A stretch of 64,000 bases of DNA from Candidatus Doudnabacteria bacterium (lineage in GTDB: Bacteria > Patescibacteriota > Doudnabacteria > UBA920 > VMFF01), in contig JAQBQP010000002.1 of assembly GCA_028286905.1 (NCBI GenBank), positions 245,458-309,457 of the forward strand, in the 5' to 3' direction. How positions within the stretch are numbered: the stretch's first letter is position 1; the number at the start of each line of letters is the position of its first letter. The translations under genes and the position numbers were made by a program. Positions 46,855 to 55,799 of the stretch are shown in pieces. The notes below the pieces were generated by a model, which worked only from the letters and a program-made list of their open reading frames with translations, did not search any database and had not been told where the DNA came from.

Positions 46855-47059
46855 TTGTACAGCCTCCTTAAGGCGTTGTTGAAGCCAACGGATCGCTGGT
46901 GTTCAAGAAACAACATATTAACACAGTTTATAGCATAAGTCAATGCAAAAGCTCTAAAAATAAGGCGGTTTTAGAGCGGTTTTAAACCTTGTTTTAACCC
47001 TAAAAAATGCCTATAATAAACCCACGGCATTTAATAAAAAAAGGATATAAACGACACAA

Positions 47060-49735
47060 ATGGCATTTCTAGAAAAGATTTTTGGCGGCAACAAACAGGT
47101 TGTTTCGAAGTTACAGAAAGTTGTCGATCAGATTAATGATTTAAAACCTAAATACGAAGCTTTAAGCGAGGAACAAATTAAAGAACAAGTTCAAGCTTGG
47201 AAGACTCTGTTAAAAGATAAAGATTATGATCAGCAAAAAAAGACTTTGGACGAACTTCTTCCAGAGGTTTTTGCGATAACCAGAGAAGCGGCAAAGCGCA
47301 GCATTGGCCAAAGCCACTATGATGTTCAGCTGATTGGTGGAATAACCTTGCATCGTGGACAGATCGCAGAAATGCGTACTGGTGAAGGAAAAACTTTAAC
47401 TGCAACTTTGCCTTTGGTTTTGAACGCCCTAACTGGACGTGGTACGAACTTGGTAACCGTTAACGATTACTTGGCTCGATGGCATGCTTCTTTAATGGGG
47501 CCGATTTATCACGCCTTGGGTTTAAGCGTGGCCAGTATTCAACATGAAAAATCTTTTTTGTATGATCCGAATTATCAACCAGAACAAGAAGAGATTGATC
47601 GCTTAGAAGGCGAAGTTCAGGGTTTTGTTTTGGATGTAAAGCATATGCGTTCAGTTACCAGAAAAGAAGCCTACGCCGCGGACATTACTTATGGGACTAA
47701 CAACGAGTATGGTTTTGATTATTTGCGCGACAACATGGTTGGCAATGTTAATCAAATGGTGCAGCGCGAACAGCATTTTGCAATTGTCGATGAAGTCGAC
47801 AGTATTTTAATTGATGAAGCCAGAACGCCTTTAATTATTTCAGCGCCGGATGCGGACCCAACCGATAAATATTATCAGTTTGCAGAGCTTGTTAAAAAGT
47901 TAGATAACGGTGCTGATTTTGTTGTTGATGAAAAGAAAAAAGCAGTTTCGCTTACAGAAGAAGGAATTGCAAAATTAGAAAAACTTTTGGGTGTTGAAAA
48001 TATTTATGAACAAGAAGGACTGTCGACCGTGCACCATATCGAGCAGGCTTTGCGTGCTCGCACTGTCTTGTTTGAAAGAGATACGCAGTACGTTGTTCGC
48101 GACGGCGAAATTATTATTGTCGATGAATTTACTGGCCGCTTAATGTTTGGCCGCAGATATTCTGATGGATTGCACCAAGCGATTGAAGCTAAAGAAGGCG
48201 TAAAGATCCAACAAGAAAGCAAAACTTTAGCAACAATTACATTCCAAAATTATTTCAGAATGTTTAAAAAACTTGCAGGCATGACCGGTACCGCAAACAC
48301 TGAAGCTGAAGAATTTTACTCCATTTATAAATTAGATGTAGTAGAGATCCCAACCCATAAGCCCCTAGTGCGTATTGATAAACCGGATGCGGTTTATAAA
48401 AATGAGTCCGGAAAATTTGCTGCGATTACTCGCGAAGTTCAAACTCGCCACAAAAAAGGTCAGCCAATGCTGATTGGTACAGTTTCAATTCAAAAAAATG
48501 AACTGCTTGCTGAGCACTTGCGTAAAGCCGGTTTGCAGTTTGAATTGTTGAATGCCAAAAACCATGAACGCGAAGCACATATTATTTCTCAGGCCGGCCG
48601 TTTCGGAGCTATCACTGTGGCGACAAATATTGCTGGTCGCGGGGTCGATATTTTGTTAGGCGGTAACCCGATTGATCCCGAAGAAGCCAGACAAGTGCGC
48701 GAAGCCGGCGGTTTGGCAGTAATTGGTACCGAAAGACATGAATCTCGCCGTATCGACAATCAGTTAAGAGGACGTTCTGGACGTCAAGGCGATCCGGGCT
48801 CTTCACAATTCTTTGTTTCAGTAGAAGACGATTTAATGCGTTTATTTGGTGGCGATCGTTTGCACAGCATGATGGAACGTTTGGGAATCCCTGATGATCA
48901 GCCAATTGAAAACGGATTAGTTTCTAAATCTATCGAATCTGCACAGAAGAAAATTGAAGGCTTGAACTTTGATACTCGTAAACATGTTTTGGAATATGAC
49001 GATATTATGAACAAGCAGCGCGAAATTATCTATAAGAAGCGCCGCGAATGGTTAGCAGAAGATGCAAATTTAAAAGAACAAATATTGGAACTGATTGATG
49101 AAGAAATTCGTCAGATTATTAGCGCACATTTTCAAACTGAAAATGAATTACAAACGCTCTTTGATTCCTTAAATATGATTTTTCCAGTTGGCAATACTGA
49201 GGCCGCAAAGATGCAAGAGATAAGTAATCAAGCTGGTAACGCAGAATTTGCTTTGATTGATTTTGCGATTGATCTGGTGCATCAGCGTTATGAAGAAAAA
49301 GAAAAAGCCATGCCAGAAACGGGGGTAATGCGTCAGATTGAAAAGGCGACTGCGTTACAAAGTTTAGACACGCTTTGGATGGAACATTTGGATACGATGG
49401 AACATCTTCGTGAATCTGTTGGTTTGCGGGGCTATGGTCAGCGCGATCCATTGGTAGAATACAAACGCGAATCTTTTGATTTGTTTAAACGGCTGTTAAT
49501 TGCAATTGATAAAAATATCGTCAACACAATTTTTCATATTGGAATTGTGCCGCAGCAAGTGGCGCCGATTGATTTGGTGGTTAATTCTGCACCGATCGCT
49601 CAGGCTTTGAATGAAGACGGTGGCGAAGTCGGACGCAATGATAAATGCCCTTGCGGATCTGGACGAAAGTGGAAGAAATGTGGAATGATCAATTCTCCCG
49701 AACATCAACAATTTATGGAGAAGAAAAATGCATAA
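47060..49735 (+). CDS. secA: preprotein translocase ATPase SecA
   Basis: DEAD-like motor motifs (MRTGEGKT, VDEVDSIL). C-terminal zinc-binding CPCGSGRKWKKC. Confidence 0.95.
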   Translation: MAFLEKIFGGNKQVVSKLQKVVDQINDLKPKYEALSEEQIKEQVQAWKTLLKDKDYDQQKKTLDELLPEVFAITREAAKRSIGQSHYDVQLIGGITLHRGQIAEMRTGEGKTLTATLPLVLNALTGRGTNLVTVNDYLARWHASLMGPIYHALGLSVASIQHEKSFLYDPNYQPEQEEIDRLEGEVQGFVLDVKHMRSVTRKEAYAADITYGTNNEYGFDYLRDNMVGNVNQMVQREQHFAIVDEVDSILIDEARTPLIISAPDADPTDKYYQFAELVKKLDNGADFVVDEKKKAVSLTEEGIAKLEKLLGVENIYEQEGLSTVHHIEQALRARTVLFERDTQYVVRDGEIIIVDEFTGRLMFGRRYSDGLHQAIEAKEGVKIQQESKTLATITFQNYFRMFKKLAGMTGTANTEAEEFYSIYKLDVVEIPTHKPLVRIDKPDAVYKNESGKFAAITREVQTRHKKGQPMLIGTVSIQKNELLAEHLRKAGLQFELLNAKNHEREAHIISQAGRFGAITVATNIAGRGVDILLGGNPIDPEEARQVREAGGLAVIGTERHESRRIDNQLRGRSGRQGDPGSSQFFVSVEDDLMRLFGGDRLHSMMERLGIPDDQPIENGLVSKSIESAQKKIEGLNFDTRKHVLEYDDIMNKQREIIYKKRREWLAEDANLKEQILELIDEEIRQIISAHFQTENELQTLFDSLNMIFPVGNTEAAKMQEISNQAGNAEFALIDFAIDLVHQRYEEKEKAMPETGVMRQIEKATALQSLDTLWMEHLDTMEHLRESVGLRGYGQRDPLVEYKRESFDLFKRLLIAIDKNIVNTIFHIGIVPQQVAPIDLVVNSAPIAQALNEDGGEVGRNDKCPCGSGRKWKKCGMINSPEHQQFMEKKNA

Positions 49736-50201
49736 AGTATATTTTGCGGGAGCAATAACCGGAGATCGTTCGCGCGCCTCGATATTCAAAGATATTATTC
49801 AACATATTCAGAGTTTGGATAAAAAAGTACTCACCGAACATTTTCAACTTCAGAATCCGAATACTTTTTTGGCAGAATTTATTAATAAAAAATATGAAGA
49901 TCTTTTGCCAGAAGACATAGAAAAACAAGACACGGCTTGGATAAATGAAGCCACCCACTTGGTTGCGGAAGTTTCGACAGCTTCTACCGGAACTGGCAGA
50001 GAAATCGAGTATGCTCGTAGCAAACATCTTTACGGCCACCCGGAAGCAAAAATATTGTGTTTATACGAAGAGGGTTCTAGGGCTAGCGCAATGATTACGG
50101 GTATGACCCCAGAGCGATATCCGAGTGTAAGAGTAAGGGCATACAAAAATTTAGAACATTTGAAAGAAATTCTAAACGAATTTTTTAACCTGACGGTTTA
50201 G
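49728..50201 (+). CDS. 2'-deoxynucleoside 5'-phosphate N-hydrolase (DNPH1/Rcl-like, nucleoside 2-deoxyribosyltransferase superfamily)
   Basis: VYFAGAITGDR, VLTEHF, AEVSTASTGTGREIEYA and ILCLYEEGSRASAMITGM align with the conserved blocks of DNPH1. Confidence 0.65.
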   Translation: MHKVYFAGAITGDRSRASIFKDIIQHIQSLDKKVLTEHFQLQNPNTFLAEFINKKYEDLLPEDIEKQDTAWINEATHLVAEVSTASTGTGREIEYARSKHLYGHPEAKILCLYEEGSRASAMITGMTPERYPSVRVRAYKNLEHLKEILNEFFNLTV

Positions 50202-50215
50202 CAAATGCTGGAAGA

Positions 50216-50590
50216 TTGAATTTAAAAATGACTAATCATATTCTAAATTTTAGGGAAGTAGACAAGAAGACTTTCGAACTGATTCGGGATGGAGTTAAAA
50301 AGGTTGAAACTAGAGCTGGTTCAAAAGAGTATTTATTAATTCAAGCGGAAGACACTATAACATTTGTGTGCGGCAGTGAAAACGTAACGAAGAAAGTGAT
50401 TAAAGCTAATCGATTTAAAAGTTTTACGGAGCTATTTAATTGGTACAGACCCTGGGATATAAATCCTGACATCATGCGTGGTCCGACCAGTGAATCAGAA
50501 ATGATAGATGTTTATAGGTCATTTCCAGGGTATCCAGAAAGAATAATGGAATTTGGAATTCTAGCATTTAAATTAGAAAATATTAATTAG
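50216..50590 (+). CDS. ASCH domain (PUA-like) protein
   Basis: ASCH-like N-terminus (FELIRDGVKKVETRAGS). Small beta-barrel size. Real start may be the Met at 50228. Confidence 0.55.
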   Translation: MNLKMTNHILNFREVDKKTFELIRDGVKKVETRAGSKEYLLIQAEDTITFVCGSENVTKKVIKANRFKSFTELFNWYRPWDINPDIMRGPTSESEMIDVYRSFPGYPERIMEFGILAFKLENIN

Positions 50591-50601
50591 AAAGGAAAGA
50601 T

Positions 50602-50919
50602 ATGGCAAACGATTTTCAGAAAAAACAACCAACAAAAAACGAAAAAATGTTTTACGATATGGCAATGAGCTTGGAAATGATTGATCGCAGGCTTTGGACG
50701 ACGTCATCTTTTGTAAGCGCTTTAGCAATTCTTGCTAATGTCGAACCAGAAAAAGTTGCGCGCTTATTAACTACAGACATGAATAAGATCCAAGATTTTA
50801 GCAAAAAGATCAACGACGAAATCAATAAAATTGAAGCTGAAGAAAAAGAAAAGAACGGTTCAAGCGAACAAGTTCAAAGTTCTACTCAACCAGGACATGA
50901 AGGCCATAACCACGCCTAG
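50602..50919 (+). CDS. hypothetical small protein
   Basis: 105 aa with a His-rich C-terminus (HEGHNHA). Confidence 0.4.
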   Translation: MANDFQKKQPTKNEKMFYDMAMSLEMIDRRLWTTSSFVSALAILANVEPEKVARLLTTDMNKIQDFSKKINDEINKIEAEEKEKNGSSEQVQSSTQPGHEGHNHA

Positions 50920-50938
50920 ATAGTTAAATACAAACAAA

Positions 50939-51415
50939 TTGAAATATAAAAGTAAAAATTATTGGTTGTTAAAATCAGAAGCGGAAATGTATTCGATTGA
51001 TGATTTTAAAAAAGACCAAGATACTGTTTGGACTGAAGTCCGTAATTACCAGGCACGCAATTTTCTGCGGGACAGTATCAGCGTCGGTGATTATTTTTTC
51101 TTTTATCATTCTAGCTCAGAACCTTCTGGCATTGCCGGGGTCGGCAAAATATTGAGAACCAAAATTGGTGATCCAACAGCGCTTGATAAAAAAAGTGAAT
51201 ATTTTGACCCGAAGGCTACTAAAGAGCACAATCCTTGGTCTACTGTTGAAGTGCAATTTGTAGAAAAATTTCCTGCTGTGATTACGCTTGCTGAGGTTAA
51301 GCAAAATAAAAAACTTTCAAAAATGGTTGTCGCTCAAAAAGGCAGCCGTCTTTCTGTGCAGCCTGTTAAAGCCGACCAGTTTGAAGAAATTATGAATATG
51401 GCTTATGGACATTAA
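50939..51415 (+). CDS. EVE domain (PUA-like, DUF55) protein
   Basis: EVE pattern (NYWLLKSEAEMYSIDDF ... DYFFFYHSSSEPSGIAGVGKI ... FDPKATKEHNPW). Confidence 0.7.
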   Translation: MKYKSKNYWLLKSEAEMYSIDDFKKDQDTVWTEVRNYQARNFLRDSISVGDYFFFYHSSSEPSGIAGVGKILRTKIGDPTALDKKSEYFDPKATKEHNPWSTVEVQFVEKFPAVITLAEVKQNKKLSKMVVAQKGSRLSVQPVKADQFEEIMNMAYGH

Positions 51416-51989
51416 AAAAAAGCAAAAACTCTTAGAGGTTGTTGCTGAAGAAATAGAACAGTGTCCAATTTGTAAAAAGAACACAATTGGCAAAGCGGTG
51501 CCCGGAGAAGGGAATGCTGATGCCGATATTATGTTTATTGGCGAAGCTCCAGGTAAAAACGAAGCTGAAACCGGTCGGCCGTTCATTGGCCGAGCAGGCA
51601 AAATGCTTCGTGAAGGAATCGCTCAGATTGGATTGAGTGATCAAGATGTTTTTATCACTAGTCCAGTAAAAAGATTGCCGGTACATACCACTCCGACCCC
51701 AGAAGAAATTGCGCACGGCAAAACTCATTTAATTAAACAGTTTGATATTATCGATCCGAAAGTAATTGTTTTGCTGGGACGGGTTGCGGCTTTAGCGATG
51801 TTAGAGAAAAATATTTCGGTAATGAAAGAACATGGTAAATTCTTCCGTAAACCTGACGGCAGATTATACATGATTATGATGCATCCAGCGGCACCTTTAT
51901 ATTCTGGTAATTTGCGTGAAGTTTTTTTCAAAGATTTTAAAAAACTAAAAAAACTACTGGACTTAGATGCAAAAGCAATTAAGAAATAA
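51405..51989 (+). CDS. uracil-DNA glycosylase, family 4
   Basis: GEGNADADIMFIGEAPGKNEAETGRPFIGRAGKML is the canonical family-4 UDG motif. N-terminal CxxC. Confidence 0.85.
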   Translation: MDIKKKQKLLEVVAEEIEQCPICKKNTIGKAVPGEGNADADIMFIGEAPGKNEAETGRPFIGRAGKMLREGIAQIGLSDQDVFITSPVKRLPVHTTPTPEEIAHGKTHLIKQFDIIDPKVIVLLGRVAALAMLEKNISVMKEHGKFFRKPDGRLYMIMMHPAAPLYSGNLREVFFKDFKKLKKLLDLDAKAIKK

Positions 51990-52722
51990 GAAAATGATTT
52001 TCTGGTTAATAGTACTTTTAGTTTTAGGATACGCAACTTTTACATATTTACGTTTTGAATATATTTTAAAGCATGCCAATCTTGCAGATATTCAGCAAAA
52101 GGACCTGACATTCGGACAAGGGTCAGTGTTACGCTATATTGCTGCAGGCGATAGCACCGCGGTTGGCGAAGGTGCGAGTAAGGTAGAAAATAGCTATACT
52201 TACAAGCTCGCGCTTAACTTATCTGCTGAGCACACTGTTCAATACAAAAATATTGCCGTGATCGGTGCAAAGACCCAAGATGTTATTGATCATCAGCTTT
52301 CGGAAATTATTAAATATAACCCGGACGTTGTTACAGTTTCAATTAATGCTAATGACTTAACACATTTTGTAAGCGGTAACATTATTTTAAAAAATGATCA
52401 GCTTATTATTGATACAATCCTAAAAAATACCCATGCAAAAATTTATATAACTGACGTCCCAGGCCTACAAAATGCCAAGATCATACCATGGTGGTTTCGA
52501 CATTTGCTTGATTGGAAGGCGAACAGTTTAAATAAAAAAATTCTAACTTTTCAAGATAAATATGAAGGCAATAGGGTAAAAATAGTAGATATTCATAATT
52601 TTGGCTGGGATACTTACCATGATATTCAGAAGACTTTTGCTGCCGATCAATTTCACCCATCGGATTTGGGTTATCAAAACTGGACCAACGCTTTCCTTGA
52701 TAAAATGCTTAAAAAAGACTAA
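51967..52722 (+). CDS. SGNH/GDSL hydrolase family protein
   Basis: N-terminal TM. Block I GDSTAVGEG and block V DQFHPSDLGY. Confidence 0.7.
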   Translation: MQKQLRNKKMIFWLIVLLVLGYATFTYLRFEYILKHANLADIQQKDLTFGQGSVLRYIAAGDSTAVGEGASKVENSYTYKLALNLSAEHTVQYKNIAVIGAKTQDVIDHQLSEIIKYNPDVVTVSINANDLTHFVSGNIILKNDQLIIDTILKNTHAKIYITDVPGLQNAKIIPWWFRHLLDWKANSLNKKILTFQDKYEGNRVKIVDIHNFGWDTYHDIQKTFAADQFHPSDLGYQNWTNAFLDKMLKKD

Positions 52723-52752
52723 AATATATTAGACTAAAATTAAACCTATCCA

Positions 52753-54234
52753 ATGAGAAAAAACCTCAGATTATACCTAACGTTCATATTCATTTTGTTG
52801 ATAGCAGCATTCTCGATCTATATCGACTTGCCACAGGGTAGCAAAATCAGTTTGCCGAAAATAGGTATTGCAAAACGTGAATTTAAACCACATTTAGGAT
52901 TAGACCTTCAAGGTGGAACTCATTTAGAGTATCAGGGTAACTTACAAGATATTCCTGCAGACAAGAGAAAAGACGCAATGGAATCCGTTCGCTCCGCGAT
53001 TGAACGCAGAGTATTTTTCTTTGGCGTTCAAGAGCCTTTAGTAGAGACATCTGGTAGCGATCGAATTATTGTTGAGTTGCCTGGTATTACAGATATTAAT
53101 CAAGCGGTAAGCGTAATCGGCCAAACGCCATTCCTTGAATTTAAAGAGCAAAATCCAAGTCCAACCGGACAGGTTGTCGATGGAAAAGTAGTTATTGATC
53201 CGAACAGTCAGTGGAAATCTACTGGCTTAACCGGAAAAGATTTGTCCTCGGCAACGGTTGAATTTTCTCAACAGGATAATACGCCGCAAATTAGTTTGCA
53301 GTTTAATAGTGAAGGTACAAAACTTTTTGGCGAGATTACTTCTAGAAACTTAGGCAAGCCCGTAGCTATTTTCTTAGATGGAGCGCCGCTTTCAACTCCA
53401 ACTGTGCAAAGTGCAATCACCGATGGTAAAGCAATCATTACAGGACAGTTTACCGTAGATGATGCGAAGCAATTAGTCTCCAGACTTAACTCCGGAGCTT
53501 TGCCGGTACCAATTAAACTTATTTCCCAACAGAACGTTGGTGCAAGTTTAGGTAAAGATTCAATCCAAAAGAGCGCCGTAGCAGGTATTATTGGTCTATT
53601 GTTGATCGTAATATTTATGATTATTTACTACCGATTGCCGGGCGTACTAGCAGTGCTGGCTTTGGTAGTTTATGCATTATTATCCTTCGCAATTTATAAA
53701 ATTGGTATTTCTGTAACCGCAGTATTTCTGGTTGGACTGTTCTTTGTGCTGGCGCTAACCTCCAGTTGGTGGTTTGGAGTAATCGCAGTCTTGTCTTACT
53801 TAGGCCTGATGCTTGCGGGTGGTTTGCATCCAGTGACTTTAACTTTAGCTGGTATCGCTGGTTTTATTCTTTCTATTGGTATGGCTGTTGATGCAAATAT
53901 TTTGATTTTCGAAAGAACTAAGGAAGAGTTAAGATTAGGCAAAGACGTGCCCCAAGCTTTAGAAGATGGATTCAATCGAGCTTGGCTTTCAATTCGCGAC
54001 TCAAACGCGTCGAGCTTAATTACTACTGCAATTCTATATATGTTCGGCACTCCAGCAATTAAAAGCTTTGCTGAAACTTTGGCAATTGGTATTATTATTT
54101 CTTTGTTTACTGCAATTACTGTAACTAAAACTTTCTTGAGAATGTTTATCGGACATAATATTTTAGCGCACCCATGGCTGTTCGGAGCTTCCAGAGAAAA
54201 GAAAACAGAATTAACTACCACAGAGGAACTCTAA
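52753..54234 (+). CDS. secD: protein translocase subunit SecD
   Basis: LGLDLQGGTHLEY motif. Large periplasmic domain followed by 6 TM helices. Confidence 0.85.
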   Translation: MRKNLRLYLTFIFILLIAAFSIYIDLPQGSKISLPKIGIAKREFKPHLGLDLQGGTHLEYQGNLQDIPADKRKDAMESVRSAIERRVFFFGVQEPLVETSGSDRIIVELPGITDINQAVSVIGQTPFLEFKEQNPSPTGQVVDGKVVIDPNSQWKSTGLTGKDLSSATVEFSQQDNTPQISLQFNSEGTKLFGEITSRNLGKPVAIFLDGAPLSTPTVQSAITDGKAIITGQFTVDDAKQLVSRLNSGALPVPIKLISQQNVGASLGKDSIQKSAVAGIIGLLLIVIFMIIYYRLPGVLAVLALVVYALLSFAIYKIGISVTAVFLVGLFFVLALTSSWWFGVIAVLSYLGLMLAGGLHPVTLTLAGIAGFILSIGMAVDANILIFERTKEELRLGKDVPQALEDGFNRAWLSIRDSNASSLITTAILYMFGTPAIKSFAETLAIGIIISLFTAITVTKTFLRMFIGHNILAHPWLFGASREKKTELTTTEEL

Positions 54235-55124
54235 TGCTAAATATCATCAAACATTATAAATTTTGGTTCGGCGTTTCAACCGCATTGTTGATTGCAAGTA
54301 TTATTTCTTTAGCGATTTTCGGTTTAAGATTCGGTATTGATTTTAAAGGCGGCACTGTAACTCAGCTTTCATTTGCAAAAGCGCCAAATTTGGATCAGAT
54401 CAAAGCAGTTGTTGCCAAAGATACAGATGGCGCACAAATTCAGTCCGCTGGCACTAGCGATGTAATTATAAAAACTAAACCTTTAGAAAAACCTGAACAT
54501 GATAAGCTTGAAGCAGACATCAAAGCGCAAGTAGGGGATTTCACCGAGAAATCTTATACTTCGATTGGGCCGATCATCGGACAAGAACTTCGGTCTAAAG
54601 CAATTTATCAATTACTGCTTGTCGCTTTAGGTATTGTTTTATACATCGGCTATGCATTCCGTAAGGTGACTAAGCCTATTACCGCATGGAAATTTGGTTG
54701 GGCCGCAGTGATTGCGCTTGTTCATGATTTGTTCATAGTTGTTGGTTTGTTTTCGATCCTTGGACATTTCTTTAAAGTTGAAATTGATTCTTTGTTTGTA
54801 ACTGCTTTGCTGACAGTGTTAGGTTTCTCTGTTCACGATACGATCGTGGTATTCGACAGAATTAGAGAGAACTTACGTACCGAAGCCGGACAACCGATCG
54901 ATTACATTGTTAACCACAGTATCAACCAGACAATCGTTCGCTCATTAAACACTTCTTTAACAGTTTTGTTTGTCTTGCTTTCCTTGTTGTTGTTCGGCGG
55001 TGTAACAATTAGATATTTTGTATTAGCATTGTTCATTGGTATTATTGCCGGAACCTACTCATCTATTTTTATCGCTTCGCCAATCCTTGTGATTTGGGAA
55101 CGCTGGCAGTCTAAACGCGCATAA
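54234..55124 (+). CDS. secF: protein translocase subunit SecF
   Basis: GIDFKGGTVTQL motif and 6 TM helices. Start set to the ATG at 54234 (TAATG overlap with the secD stop), not the upstream in-frame ATG. Confidence 0.85.
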   Translation: MLNIIKHYKFWFGVSTALLIASIISLAIFGLRFGIDFKGGTVTQLSFAKAPNLDQIKAVVAKDTDGAQIQSAGTSDVIIKTKPLEKPEHDKLEADIKAQVGDFTEKSYTSIGPIIGQELRSKAIYQLLLVALGIVLYIGYAFRKVTKPITAWKFGWAAVIALVHDLFIVVGLFSILGHFFKVEIDSLFVTALLTVLGFSVHDTIVVFDRIRENLRTEAGQPIDYIVNHSINQTIVRSLNTSLTVLFVLLSLLLFGGVTIRYFVLALFIGIIAGTYSSIFIASPILVIWERWQSKRA

Positions 55125-55165
55125 ATAGCAGATCTTAAATGCATTGCTAAAAAATAATCGTTGAT

Positions 55166-55196
55166 AAAACCTTCATTAAAATCGAAGGTTTTTTCT
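55166..55196 (+). terminator. rho-independent terminator (AACCTTC-attaaaatc-GAAGGTT then T5)
   Basis: Hairpin plus T-run after secF. Confidence 0.75.
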
Positions 55197-55248
55197 TGCA
55201 GTATTGAGCAAACAAGATTACAATATAAACAAATATTAAATAAAACAT

Positions 55249-55794
55249 ATGTTCATTTGGCTAATAGTTATTGTTGTTGTAGTTTTGCTGGTAGTGGGCA
55301 TGTTTAACGGTTTGGTTCGCGCACGCAACCTTGTTAAAAACAGCTTTGCAGATATCGATGTTCAATTAAAGCGCAGATATGATCTTGTGCCAAACCTGGT
55401 TGAAACTGTTAAAGGCTATATGAAGCAGGAAAGTGGCGTGCTAGAAGCAGTTACTAATGCTCGCGCACAAGCGCAGTCTGCAGGCGGCAATCTTGCTAAC
55501 AGAGCAACAGCGGAGAACAACCTTGGTCATGCGATTACAGGAATTTTTGCAGTTGCTGAAAATTACCCGCAGTTACGCTCTTCTGAAAACTTTCAACAAT
55601 TACAGAGCCAGCTTTCAAGCTTAGAAAATGATATTCAAAGCGCTCGTCGTTATTACAATGCGGCGGTTCGTGAGTACAATAATAAAATTCAAGTTTTCCC
55701 AAATAATATATTTGCAGGAATGCTTGGCTTTGGCGCCGAGCAGCCATTTGGAGCAGATGAAACCGAACGCCAAAACGTTCAAGTAAAATTTTAA
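55249..55794 (+). CDS. lemA: LemA family protein
   Basis: N-terminal TM plus LemA core (LVRARNLVKNSFADIDVQLKRRYDLVPNLVETVKGY ... ENRISVARRYYN-like region). Confidence 0.85.
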   Translation: MFIWLIVIVVVVLLVVGMFNGLVRARNLVKNSFADIDVQLKRRYDLVPNLVETVKGYMKQESGVLEAVTNARAQAQSAGGNLANRATAENNLGHAITGIFAVAENYPQLRSSENFQQLQSQLSSLENDIQSARRYYNAAVREYNNKIQVFPNNIFAGMLGFGAEQPFGADETERQNVQVKF

Positions 55795-55799
55795 ATAAA

